Shown: positions 51,436 to 63,861 of the stretch, one piece after another
Layout: each line of letters begins with the position of its first letter
Numbering within the stretch: position 1 is the stretch's first letter
Assembly: GCA_052327205.1 (NCBI GenBank)
Contig: CM126213.1
Coordinates: 111,538,001-111,602,000, forward strand
Source: Somniosus microcephalus
Lineage: Eukaryota
DNA: 64,000 nucleotides
Reading direction: 5' to 3'
Notes under the pieces: model-generated
Seen by the model: the letters and a program-made list of their open reading frames with translations, nothing else
The model's database searches: none
What the model was told of the DNA's origin: nothing
Made by a program: the position numbers and the translations under genes

Positions 51436-53808
51436 CGTTATGACCTCAAGGTGTGCAAAGAGTTGGAGGTGGGGTGAGGGCGGCGAGAGCAAACAGTTCT
51501 GGTTGGTGGGCTGCTATTCCATCCTATAAAGTTCACCGATAATGTTATTTTCACTGTTTATTATCACTGGATAAACGTGTTATGATTGTATCACAATCGT
51601 CAGTCTTGCAGCGTTGATGTCATTGCACCAAACCACACGGATCATCCTTAACCTCGGATTTCTACCATGAATCCTGTCCCTGAGCAAAATACCCAGCCAA
51701 ATTCCAAATGAAACGGTCTCCGCAAACTCCACTGTATGTTTATTAAAACATTGGTAACACAGGAGTAACTTCAAGGCTGCCGTTTCATTTTGAGATGCAG
51801 ACGACGTTATAGACTCGAAGAGGAACATATGAGATTACTACCTCGGTATCGTTTTAATGTTTTTTCAGGAGACCCTACTAGTGGTTCGATCAAACAAAAT
51901 GTTTCCGTTAGATGAAGCGGTTTCCTTGGATTTTCTTTGGCTAAAAAAAACTTGAAACAAACCCTGTTCATTTTCAGTTGTAAACATTCTACAAGTGCTG
52001 TAAATAGATTACTCTATGCCTGTTGGTGTATTCTGAATTTTATTTCCACTCCCGAGGCCGATGGTAACTCGCTTGAGACTTCCTAGTCAGCCTTACTAAT
52101 GGAAAAAAAACATAATGCAGGAGCGTAAGGTCCTGGGTCCGATAAACAGTACAATCCAGCATTTGGTCTACGCCTCAGTAAAACCATCGCAATTCACCTG
52201 TGTTTTGCCACTAATGGATTATGAAGCATCTTTCCCTCAAAGAATAACATTCTCTCCGATCCGCGCCCTGCAATTTTCGCACTTGCTTTGCGCTTGTGTT
52301 TGGGACTTCTTTCTGTTGGTGTTTTGTGTGTGTGATGAACGGATCACTGGGGAAATAGGTTTTCAATTTGTGTCCGTAATAAGCGATAGTGGTTTAAAGA
52401 ACGGGTGACTCCTTTACAAACTCACTAAAATTGAAATTAACACATTTTTCAGTTGTATAATTTAACGTATGACTTCCGTTGCATTTAATAAAAAAAAGTT
52501 TTGTCGCTGACTGAGAAATCTTTCGTCTGATATTGTTACTTTTGGGCAATTTGGATTAAACGGCATTTTAAAACGACCTTTGCCGAAGCTTTTACAAACT
52601 GCATCCGTTTACAGTCAGTACTGGCGATGCCACACTATAGATTTCTCTTTGGTAACAACCAGTTGGTCCATTGGTTATCTTAACACAGATTAATGAGCAA
52701 TGCTGCGATGCATTTTAACTGGCTCGACCTGTTTGCAAACGTCTTCAAGTTTTCCTTGAGGAAAGTTGTCCAGTTCAGGAAGATTTTCGTCCCTCTCCCG
52801 GTTAGGCGGCGGTGGCTGGAGTGGGGCCGGCTCGGAACCCTGGTCAGAAGCGGGTGTTCCATTTTGCTGTTATAATAAACAAAAGACCGGCAACAAATTA
52901 CACAACTTACACTTTTCTGGCAGGTCCAGAAACATACTAAAGCCTCGTCTGTTTAATAATAGGCTTGACTTTTTTTTCCAATCAAGTTTTTAAAAAATTC
53001 TACAAGAACAAGTCCCCGTTTTCTGCAAAGGCTACTCATAGAATTCACCACTGACATGTACACCACATAACCGCAGTCTTCGCAATAACACAGGAGCTAA
53101 AAGTGACACGAACAAAGCGTGCCGACACCTAATAAATGCTACAATGCCCCTCTTTTTTTTACTGGGATGAGTTTTATTGAGACAACATTTTCATGGTAAG
53201 CAGTTTACTTCTGAGTAATGGACTTCAGGAGGTTGTAAAGCCCATTGCACAATTTATGTCAAGGCTGGAAATTCCAAAATACATCTCCAAAATGCAGATT
53301 TTAAAATAGTTTACAGATTATAGCCGTTTCATAATTAAACACACGAGTTTACAGAATTGAATCAAGTAGGGAAGTTACTGACTTTCAAATGTTAAATTAT
53401 AAGCTGTGAAAAGGACAGGTTCGTGTTAAAGTTGGGACCTTGCCGCACGTTATTCGCTTGTACGAAAGAGCACCTCTCGTAACCAGTGATGCAAAATGTG
53501 ATTTGCAGTTGCTAGTTTCGAATGTGAAACACTTCTCTGGCGGACTGAGGCAGAGAGCACAGATGCCTGTGAGGGTGACATTGTACAACCGCGACCCACA
53601 TTTTCCGTACATCAGCTTTAAGAGTACAAAAAGAGGCGAATTCAACTAAATGCAGTACAAATATCAGATAGGTTCGTATTTTCAAACGGAGACCACGTTG
53701 TTATTTTCGACATATTTTGCGGATTTTGTTAATCGTTAGCCCAACAATTGGGGCCCCGAAGGTCCTGTGATCTCTGTAAATAGGGAAATGTTTTGCTCCG
53801 CGCCTCTT

Positions 53809-53826
53809 TAGCGTCACCCAGTGGCA
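53809..53826 (-). promoter_or_regulatory. CTCF-like motif
   Basis: Minus strand TGCCACTGGGTGACGCTA, two mismatches to the core, in the same orientation as the site at 49618. Confidence 0.35.
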
Positions 53827-55348
53827 CAGTGTGTCTTTGCACAACCCTCTTCTGAAGCCGAACTCGTCCCACTTCTCACTGTGGACAGCCAGACTCCCAG
53901 AGAGATTACCGGCATAGAGTTTATAAAGTCAAAGTTACAGAAACTGGACACAGTGGACACAACATGTTGGGAATGGGTGTAGCATGATGATTTTTAAACG
54001 TAAAAGTTTGGTCAGAATAACAAGGCTACATATTTCATTTTTTAATGTAAAAGGAAATTCAAAAATTGCACATTTTACCACTCTTCTGTTGTTATTCTCG
54101 ACACCAACAGCATCTTCGTTCTTCAGGAAGTCCAGAGCCTCCGTCAAATGTCCTGACCTTCTATAGTCTATTCACCCACTACCTATTTACTTTCTTAATA
54201 ATCCCTTTTAATATTTCAAATTAAACAAATCTATTCGTTTTAATTTTCCTTTTAATTTCAATTTAGCGACACGATTTTCTTCTCGCTTCAGTTCTATGAT
54301 TTTGCTTGTATTTATGATACTATGTACAATGATTTTTTTCATTTCTACGTTTGTATTTAGCCCCCGTTTATCCGCCGTCATACACCTGTTCGCACTGAAG
54401 GAAAGTAAGCGTGTCAGTCCTGACTGGATCCGTCATAGCTACAAAGTAGCGAGCCTTGACAGGATGAAAACAACCTCTGGGTCACAGCACCGTATCAGTG
54501 AGAACCTCGGTCACTTCTAACTGCATTACAAATGTAGATACACTTCACATTTCCGTGGATAATAAGTGGTTTCTGATGCAACAGTCCAAAAGTTGCGGCA
54601 TGGGTCAGGAACCTCCAGGAAGTAGCCTCGCACCAATTTGAGTTGGCACCAGCTGCAGTATAACTCCAGCCTGACGCAAAGCTGGCTGAAAGGTGACCTA
54701 GAACTTCCTGCGAAGTTTGAAACTTAGTATTGAATAGTTTGAAGTTAGGAGAAAGCCAGCACTCCCACCGTGTACTCGTAACATTAACATTAGCCACCGA
54801 TAGAGTGAAGCTCGGCACATGAGCCCAAGCATAAAGATGTTTTGCGGCTGATCTCAGTGCAACTTTAAATAATGCAAAGTGCGCAGTACAACTCCAGCCT
54901 GATGTGAAACTTTGTTTAAAAACTACCCGGATCGACCCATTTGGAAACCTTTTACATTTAGTATGGACTTTTTACAACAGGAAGAGAAAATAGACTCTGC
55001 ACGGCTTCTTTCTCGTGACATTGGAAACAACCTGTCCAGGAATGGAGCTCTGTACACGTGTCCAAACTACAGGCCTTACCAGTCAGGTCTGGCACACTCA
55101 CTACAATAGAGCTCTCTCCCAGCTGGGCAGAGTGCGACATACAATGAGTTGCAGCTAGCACTGCTGGGGATTACACTTCACAGATATTGGTCACTGGCAG
55201 TTATCTGTTGTATAATGGCAGCCTTATCAAAATGCTTACTTTTGAACCTTTTAACCTTATAAGAGAAGTAATGCCCGTTCCTGCCTTCTCATAACCTTCA
55301 AGATTAGCTGAAGGAAACAAAGCTTCATGAATGCATCTAAACGCACAT

Positions 55349-58015
55349 CATAGAACCATAGACATTTACAGCACAGAAGGAGGCCATTCGGCCCATCTTG
55401 TCCCTGCCGGCTGACAAAGAGCTATCCAGCCTAATCCCACTTTCCAGCACTTGGTCCGTATCCTTGTAGGTTACGGCACTTCAAGTGTATATCCAAGTAC
55501 TTTTTAAATGTGATGAGGGTTTCTGCCTCTACCATCCTTTCAGGCAATGAGTTCCAGACCCAACCACCCTCTGAGTGAAGAAAATTCTCCTCAAATCCCC
55601 TCTAAACCGCCTACCAATTATTTTAAATCTATGCCCCCATCTGCTAAGGGAAATAGGTCCTTCCTATCTCCTCTATCTAGGCCCCTCATAATTTTATACA
55701 CCTCAATTAGGTCCCCCCTCAGCCTCCTCTGTTCCAAAGAAAACAACCCCAACCTATTCAATCTTTCCTCATAGCTAAAATTCCACAGCCCAGGCAACAT
55801 CCTTGTAAATCTCCTCTGTACCCTCTCTAGTGCAATCACATCATCCTGTAATGTGGTGACCAGAACTGCACACAGTATTCTAGCTGCGGCCTAACTAGTG
55901 TTTTATACAGTTCAAGCATAACCTCCCTGCTCTTACATTCTATGCCTCGGCTAATAAAGGCAAGTATCCCGGATAGAGAACTGGTTGACAGACAGGAAGC
56001 AAAGAGTTGGAATAAACGGGTCTTTTTCCAAGTGGCAGGCAGTGACTAGTGGGGTACCGCAGGGATCAGTGCTAGGACCCCAGCTATTCACAATATATAT
56101 TAATGATCTAGATGAGGGAACTAGATGTAATATCTCCAAGTTTGCAGACAACACAAAGCTGGGTGGGCATGTGTGCTGTGAGGAGGATGCCGAGAAACTC
56201 CAGTATGATTTGGACAGGTTGGGTGATTGGGAAGATGCATGGCAGATGCAGTATAATGTGGATAAATGCGTGGTTATCCACTTTGGTGGCAAAAACAGGA
56301 AGGCAGATTATTATCTGAACGGCAATAGATTTGGAGAAGGGGAAGTGCAACGAGACCTGGGTGTCCTTATGCACCAGTCGCTGAAGGTAAGCATGCAGGT
56401 GCAGCAGGCAGTTAAGAAGGCAAATGGTATGTTGGCCTTCATAGCAAGAGGATTCGAGTACAGGAGCAAGGATGTCTTGCTGCAGTTGTACAGGGCCTTG
56501 GTGAGACCACACCTTGAGTATTGTGTGCAGTTTTGGTCGCCTTATCTGAGGAAGGATGTTCTTGCCATGGAGGAAGTGCAGCAAAGATTTACCAGACTGA
56601 TACCTGGGATGGCAGGAATGACATATGCGGAGAGATTGGGTTGATTGGGCTTATATTCACTGGAGTTTAGAAGAATGAGAGGGGATCTCATTGAAACTTA
56701 TAAAATTCTAACAGGACTAGACAGACTAGATGCAGGAAGGATGTTCCCGATGGCGGGGGAGTCCAGAACCAGGGGGTCACAGTCTAAAGATAAGGGGTAA
56801 GCCATTTAGGACAGAGATGAGGAGGAATTTCTTCACCCAGAGAGTGGTGAACCTGTGGAATTCTCTACCACAAAAGGCAGTTGAGGCCAATTCATTAAAT
56901 ATATTCAAGAAGGAGTTAGATATATTTCTTAAGGCTAAAGGGATCAAGGGATATGGGGAGAAAGCAGTGACAGGGTACAGAATTTGGATGATCAGCCATG
57001 ATCTCATTAAATGGCGGAGCAGGCTTGAGGGGCCAAATGGCCTACTCCTGCTCCTATCTTCTATGTTTCTATGTTTCTATGTATGGCTTCTTAACCACCT
57101 TATCTACCTGTCCTGCTACCTTCAGGGATCTGTGGACATGCACTCCAAGGTTCCTCTGATCTTCTGCACTTCTCAGTGTCCTACCATTTATTGTGTATTC
57201 CCTTGCCTTGTTAGCTCTCCCCAAATGCATTACCTCACACTTCTCCAGATTGAATTCTATTTGCCACTGTTCTGCCCACCTGACCAGTCTATTGATATCT
57301 TCCTGCAGTCTGCAGCTTTCTTCTTCATTATCAACCACACAGCCAATTTTTGTATCATCTGCAAACTTCTTACTCATACTTCCTACATTCAAGTCCAAAT
57401 CATTGATACCACAAAAAGCAAAGGACCCAGAACTGAGCCCTGCAGAACCCCACTGGAAACAACCTTCCAGTCACAAAAACACCTTTCGACCATTACCCCC
57501 TGTTTCCTGCCTCTGAGCCAATTTTGGATCCAACCTGCCATTTTGCTTTGGATCCCATGGGCTTTTACTTTCATGGCCAGTCTGCCATGCGGACCTTATC
57601 AAAAGCCTTGCTAAAATCGATATAGACTACATCAAATGCACTACCCTCATTGACCCTCCTTATTACCTCCTCAAAAAATTAAATCAAGTTAGTCAGATAC
57701 GACCTTCCCTTAACAAATCCATGCTGACTGTCCCTGATTAATCCGCGTCTTTTTAAATGAAGATTTATCCTGTCCCTCAGAATTTTTTCCAATAATTTTT
57801 CCACCACCGAGGTTAGGCTAACTGGGCTGTAATTACTCGGTCTATCCCTTTCTCCCTTTTTAAACAACGGTACTACATTAGCAGTCCTCCAGTGCTCTGA
57901 CACCACACCTGTAGCCAGAGTGGATTGGAAAATGATGTTCAGAGCCTATGCTATTTCCTCTCTTACTTCTCTTAACAGTCTGGGATACATTTCATCCAGG
58001 CCTGGGGATTTATCT
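55349..58015 (-). mobile_element. 5'-truncated CR1 LINE (outer; segments 55349-55970 and 57081-58015)
   Basis: Minus-strand RT pieces WRTANVVPLFKKG...SQHGFVKGRS, GVLQGSVLGPLLF, KFADDTKI and LERVQRRFTRM. The two segments join seamlessly (AGTATCCC|GTATGGCTTC). Confidence 0.92.
55971..57080 (+). mobile_element. 5'-truncated CR1 LINE (inner, antisense insertion)
   Basis: ORF 55985-56644 has SGVPQGSVLGPQLFTIYINDL, SKFADNTKL and LVRPHLEYCVQFWSP. The 3' end is GGCCTACTCCTGCTCCTAT followed by (TTCTATGT)n. Confidence 0.95.
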
Positions 58016-58544
58016 GATGCTCTTTTGTCACCGATTTCCTACAAGCAGCAGCCAGCAGTCCAACTCGCAATCTATTAAGACTGGTATCTGTAAGGTGATG
58101 CAGTGTAATTAAGAAGATTGTTTCATAGTTAAGATACTAGTCAGTGTTAGCCAGCAGCTTTCTGAGAATCAAGTGTTTCCGTGCAATCAAAAATTGTCTT
58201 TCATTAAGAGTTATGAACTTGACTTGCGACAGATTAAGAAATACATTTGTATCACCATATTTACAAGGTTTATTGTTGGATGCCAAGACTCATTAAACAT
58301 GTAGCTTGTATGTTAATCATATAACAGTTCAGCCTCAAAATTCCATAATCTGTGCTTTGCATGAGTGGCCACATGTGTCATTACGGGACCATATATGACC
58401 CTGGTAAATACATTAACAAAGATGATTCCACCACTGGCCATGTCACAAGTGTGATGCAAGAACCCAGGACAATACAACATTATTTGAAAGCACCCCCAAA
58501 ATTAAAAAATGCTAAAAATACTTAAGACCACTCTCACACACAAT

Positions 58545-60036
58545 GGCCTGGATTTTGCAGTCAGCAGCGAAAAGACGTGCTCAACGCTGACCTCAAAAAA
58601 AGCTGCCCACAAAGATTTAGCGGGCTCTAGTATGTCAATTTCCCCAATTCCAACATGACTTTCAATCTGGTGCCATCTATAGGGGATCTATGGCATCCAA
58701 CAACAGTGACATCATCAAGCAGGCTGACCAGCCAATCAGATTGAAGAATTCTCACAGACAGCAAACCAGGAATTAAAAGACATGGGCCTAGAAATTCAGT
58801 TGGCTGCGCCAGCCATTAGCGCCTTAGGAGGAGTAGATCTCGAGCGCTAGGCGCTTAGCGCCCGGGTGCAGTGCGATCTGCGCCTCACCCCAACTTCAGT
58901 AGACATTTAGCGCCGGCGCAAAGTCATTGCGCGCGCTCATCTGCGCGCGCAGATCATGACGTCATTTCGTCGTGCAACGTCCTTTGTGCGCCCGGAACCG
59001 GAACTTCACTCGCGCCGCCCCATTGTGCACCGGGTGGCCCGAACGACTGAATTGGAACGGTACACAGCCGAGGCGGGCCGCGGGGAGCGCAAATTAAAGG
59101 GCACTCCTGCAGTAGAAAAGGCAGCCGTTTTGCAACACTCCTTCTTTGGTGGGAGGAGGAGGAGGAGGAGGAGGAGGAGGAGGAGGAGGAGGGTCCCCAG
59201 AAACACAAATACACTAGTCTCGGCCTGTCAAAAAAACAAATCCACCCTTCCCCTTTAAGAGCTCGTGTCTGCCGGCAATCAGCAGCTCGCCGCACCTGCC
59301 CTGCGCCCAACTTCCAGTGTTAGCGCCCCGGCCTGCCGGCTTAGCGCCTAATGATAGTCCTGCATCGCCTGTTTTAGCGCAGCAGCAACCTCTTAGGGCG
59401 ATGCAACTGAATATCGGCGAAGGGGGCTCGACTTTGCGCCGGGCGCAAACTTTAGCGGCCGCCCGACTTTACCGCCCCAAAAGTGGCTATACTGAATTTC
59501 TAGGCCATGGACTATAATTCACTTTTTAAACATTTTACAGAAAGTGAAATAAAGATTGGGACATACACATGGGATTAAGATAGAATCTGAAATATCATAA
59601 ACAAACTTTAATTTTTTTTTTATTATTTAAAAAATCATCCAATTTTTAAATGTTATTGTGAGGAAATGGCACCCCAGACTTGTAAAATTAGTTTTTCAGG
59701 GCCAGAGAGCGTGTTCCACAGTAATTATGACTTAGTACACCATTCAAAACTCAGTTCCACCTCATTCAACAAGGCTTAACATTTTCAATGGTCTTTACGG
59801 TGAGAATAGTACGTAAAAAGTTGAAGTTCACATCAATTCACTGATTCTGTGTTGATTGCATCTGTGAAGACTGCAACAGCGCACCCTATGGAGGAGCAGG
59901 GCATCACTGACAGCAACTTCCGAATTTCTGCGTTTAACTGTGCATGTGCAGAAGCCAGAAGTTGCTGTAAATTTTACACAGTAATGATGGCGTGCGCTAA
60001 CAGTTTCGCCGCCATTACAACCACAAATTCTGGGCC
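58545..60036. mobile_element. Older Harbinger-type MITE (host of a nested element)
   Basis: Left end GGCCTGGATTTTGCAG; right end reverse complement GGCCCAGAATTTGTGG; flanks AAT/ATT (a 3-bp TSD with one mismatch). Confidence 0.7.
58785..59506. mobile_element. Young 722-bp Harbinger-type MITE
   Basis: Perfect 16-bp TIRs GGCCTAGAAATTCAGT (58785-58800 and 59491-59506), a perfect ATG TSD, dense CpG, repeated TTAGCGCC motifs and a central (GGA)n tract at ~59152-59192. Confidence 0.92.
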
Positions 60037-60916
60037 ATTGAAATATTGCACTATCAAAATTACAACCAAGACTTGAGATAGGGGCTGTGCCATTACATTT
60101 CTCTGTTTGTCCTCAGTTGTATATTTCAAATATCTCAGATTTTCACCTGTGTTTAAAGTTGCAGTTTATCCCTCTCCATGTTCTGTTCTGACATACTAAA
60201 AAGTGTTACATGATATTTACTTACTTTTTTATTTATTGTGCTATCTCTGATATTATCAGCATCATCATTCACCAATAGTAGTTACAATTTTATTTTCAGT
60301 ATTTGATAATGTAGAAAGAAGAAAGTTATTTATTTTTGGACTGTAAATGCAGCATTGGAGATGCAATTATAATATTAACAAATCTCAAACAAGATTAGAG
60401 ATTGATGGAGCTGTGGGTATGTGAACTTTATTCCTAGACAGAACAACTATTGTTCAGTTAATTAACACCTTTAAAAGGAAGCTGACTGAATATCTGGTTA
60501 GGAATGGAACTGAGGATTATCAGGACAAACACAGACAGAAATGATCAAATGTTGTATGGAACATGACCATTCCTGAGCTGCTGAGACAATGGAAATGCTA
60601 CATCAAGGAAAGCAAGCCTGATGACAATGTGGGATGTAGGATTTGATAGGTATTCTGGAGTTTTGCTTTATTTTAATCTGAGGAGTCAGCAGGGAGAAAC
60701 TTTACAGAACCTTCCCAGAGGAGGTTAAATGGGTAGTGTCCTTAACAGAAAAATTATGTATGATTTGCACAAAGACAAGTTTAATGGGCTGAATACTTTA
60801 TCATTGGCTAGAAATTAGGCTGTGCCATATTTGGGTATGAATTAAAAAAGTGTTTGTATGAAATTCCTTTCCCTGGTATTTTAATGGAGCTATTATCCAT
60901 TTATTTTGAACAAATT

Positions 60917-61302
60917 GACTCAGTGGTAGCACTGTCACCTCTAAGTCACAAGGTTGTAGGTTCAAGCATCACTCTAGAGACCTGAGCACATAATCTAGGC
61001 TGACGCTTCAGTGCAGTACTGAGGGAGTGCTGCACTGTCTGATGTGCTATCTTTTGGAGGAGGCATTAAACCTGTCTGCCCTCTGAGGTAGATGTAAAAA
61101 AGATCCGATGGCTCTCTTTGAAGAAGAGCTGGGGAACTCTCCTCGTGTCCTGGCCAATATTTATCAGTCAACCAACATCACTGAAATAGATTATATGGTC
61201 ATTAATCTCATTGATGTTTGTGGAACCTTGCTTTGTGTAACTTGGCTGCTGTGTTTCCCTACATTACAACATTACACTTCAAAATAAACTTCATTAACTG
61301 TG
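60917..61302 (+). mobile_element. Deu-domain SINE lacking its tail
   Basis: GACTCAGTGGTAGCAC...GGTTCAAGC head, CAGTGCAGTACTGAGGGAGTGCTGCACTGTC and GTCCTGGCCAATATTTATC; homologous to 14686-15060. Confidence 0.85.
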
Positions 61303-61304
61303 GC

Positions 61305-61498
61305 AAAAGCAAAATGTTGCAGATGCTGGAAATCTGTAATAAAAACAGAAAATGCTGGACCCCTCAACAGTTCAGGCAGCATCTGTGCAGAGAGAAACCA
61401 TAGATTTCTGTCTCCACAGATGCTGCCTGACCCACTGAGTGTTTCCAACATTTTCTGTTTTTATTTCAGATTTTCAGCATCCGCAGTATTTTGCTTTT
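61305..61498. repeat. ~194-bp palindromic element (arms like Penelope-type terminal repeats)
   Basis: ~93-bp arms: AAAAGCAAAATGTTGCAGATGCTGGAAATCTG...GGCAGCATCTGTGCAGAGAGAAA pairs with TTTCTGTCTCCACAGATGCTGCC...GCAGTATTTTGCTTTT, with a 7-nt loop. Confidence 0.85.
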
Positions 61499-61947
61499 AT
61501 ATTAGTATAGCTTGAGAGTCAGGTTTTGATCTTACTCCCAACTTTAAATAGTGCCAATGAAGATTTAATCAGCTGGAGGTCTTTCCCTTTTACTTCTTTC
61601 AATGTTCCTGAATTTCTGATTGGTCAGGCAATGTAAAGATATTGGTTTGGGTAAGAATACCATTGAACGCTAATACACAAGCTCAAATAGGCAACCAAAA
61701 GATTTCTATTTGGCAGAACAAAATAATTTCATAACTTTGTATGTTTTATGATGGCCATTTCCATAGCAACTTTTGTGACTCAAAATATAACTTATAATAT
61801 TTATAACTCAATGAGTCTATCAGAAAGCTTTCAACAGCTAACTTCAACTTACTCACTCTCTCCAGTCTAATATCATTTTCAATTTGAAATGTAAAACTAC
61901 ATTTAGTCCAAATCAAAATTGCTCACTCCATTTCATACTTCTACTAT

Positions 61948-62532
61948 TAAGAACGTAAGAACATAAGAAATAGGAGCAGGAGTGGGCCATTTGGCCCTTT
62001 GAGCCTGCTCCGCCATTCAATGAGATCACGGCTGATCCTCTACCTCAACTCCACTTTCCCGCCCGATCCCCATATCTCTTGATTCCCTTAGCATCCAAAA
62101 ATCTATCAATCTCATTCTGGAATATACTCAATGACTGAGCATCTACAGCCGTCTGGGGTAGAGAATTCCAAAGATTCACAACCCTCTTAGTAAATAAATT
62201 TCTCCTCATCTCAGTCCTAAATGACCGACCCCTTATCCTGAAACGATGACCCCTAGTTCTAGACTTTCCAGCCAGTAGAAACAGCCTCTCAGCATCTACC
62301 CTGTAAAGCCCTCTAAGAATTTTATATGTTTCAATGAGATCACCTCTCATTCTTCTAAACTCCAGAGTATATAGGTCCATGCTACTCAATCTTTTCTCAT
62401 AGGACAACCCTCTCATCCCAGGAATCAATCTAGTGAAACTTCATTGCACTTCCTCTAAGGCAAGTATATCCTTCCTTAGGTAAGGAGACCAAAACTGTGC
62501 TCAGTACTCCAGGTCTCACCAAAGCGCTATAA
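61948..62532 (-). mobile_element. CR1 LINE 3' fragment
   Basis: ORF 62045-62428 has LEFRRMRGDLIETYKIL and VVNLWNSLP; tail AAGAACATAAGAAATAGGAGCAGGAG. Confidence 0.92.
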
Positions 62533-63861
62533 CCTCAATATTATTAATTATAGCATTAACTATTGGAATTATATAATGTCATAAATTGGAAGAGATCACT
62601 ATGACCCATCTTGCCAGTCTGAAAGTTTAAAATTACTTTCAAAAATTTTGTAGTTACAAAACATTTGCAGTCACTACCAAATAATACTTCTAGTGATGAA
62701 CCATTTTTGCCCCTCTGGACAGTCCCTCATTTTTATCGCTTTTTCAGTCATGGTCCTGGTCTTCAAAAATCCTGTTAACCATTCAATCTATCAATCAGGC
62801 AAAAGGACAGTTCATTTCCATTGAAAATGACAAAAGAATAGTTGCTTCTAGTCAGATGAGACTGTAGCATTTTCATTCACGTCCTTTCATTTTTTTCCAC
62901 TGTCCTCTGACTCACATCCTATCTCACACTGTGCTTTATAACTGACAGCTCATGTTATACTGGATCCCCTGACAGCTTGTGTCAGATATTGTGCTTCATA
63001 ATCTAAGTAACAGCTGATGTCACATGTTGCGCTTTGTGCTCTCACTGACTGCCACCCACCTGAGTGTACTACCCTGCGTGCATTGGTATAAAGAGTCACA
63101 AATCATCAGCCATGCCATTATATTGCAGCTTTAATATCCATCAACAATTTAAGGGCTTTCTTAAGCCAGAGAAATATTTTATGGCCTATCAATTGCTACC
63201 TGTCATGCTGTGGTTTTGACCTTTTGCAGCAATTGTGAAACCTTGTTAGCCGAGCACGGAGAAAGAACTATGCAAACAACACAGTTTGGTTCCTTGACAT
63301 ATAACCCCTCTGCACAATTGTCAGATGTCTACATCTGCCGTAACACCACAGATGTCAGTATTTTAATGGAGTGACCACAAGTGTGAAAAGGTGTTCCCTT
63401 ATTCCTAAAACATGTTTGGAACAGCCGATAGGAATACGATAGATTGATGAGAATTAATAGGCATTTTGTCACTCAATGAAGTTTTTGTGGGGCTGTTAAT
63501 CTCCTCGAGGAACTAAGGAAAACAAAAGGACTACATGGAAAGAAAGTTGCACATTACATACAACTCAAATACATGCTGCAGGAGATTTTGAGTGGGTGCT
63601 ACCAATCCTCCTTCTCCAAATCTAGAACGTTTCAAATATCTGCTGTAATACATGCATAGGGTCCAAGCTAGGCAAATATTTGTTCTGTACACATGCTTTT
63701 TAAATAAGAATTATCTGTATTGACTAATGAATTAATCTTAGCATAACCTATAGCTCCTCTCCTTGGATTTGGTGTTCATCTCAATGTTTGAGGTTAAGTA
63801 ACATGCTAATCTCCTTAGTTGCAGTGGGTTAGAGTATGACATTCAGTAAAACAGGTTTGGG

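Larger units (their letters stand above)
24950..55150. other. Large CpG-retaining, transposon-poor domain around FOXG1 (inferred hypomethylated domain)
   Basis: By eye, CG dinucleotides are frequent in AT-rich sequence from ~24.95 kb to ~55.1 kb but rare at 20.5-24.9 kb and 60.1-63.8 kb. Almost no recognisable LINE or SINE between ~23 and ~50.7 kb. Confidence 0.7.

Noticed and set aside
56730-57614. 294-aa ORF
   Set aside because: A chimera of the inner CR1 3' end and the antisense strand of the outer CR1.
58954-59310. Poly-Arg, poly-Ser and poly-Leu ORFs
   Set aside because: Translations of the (GGA)n microsatellite inside a MITE.
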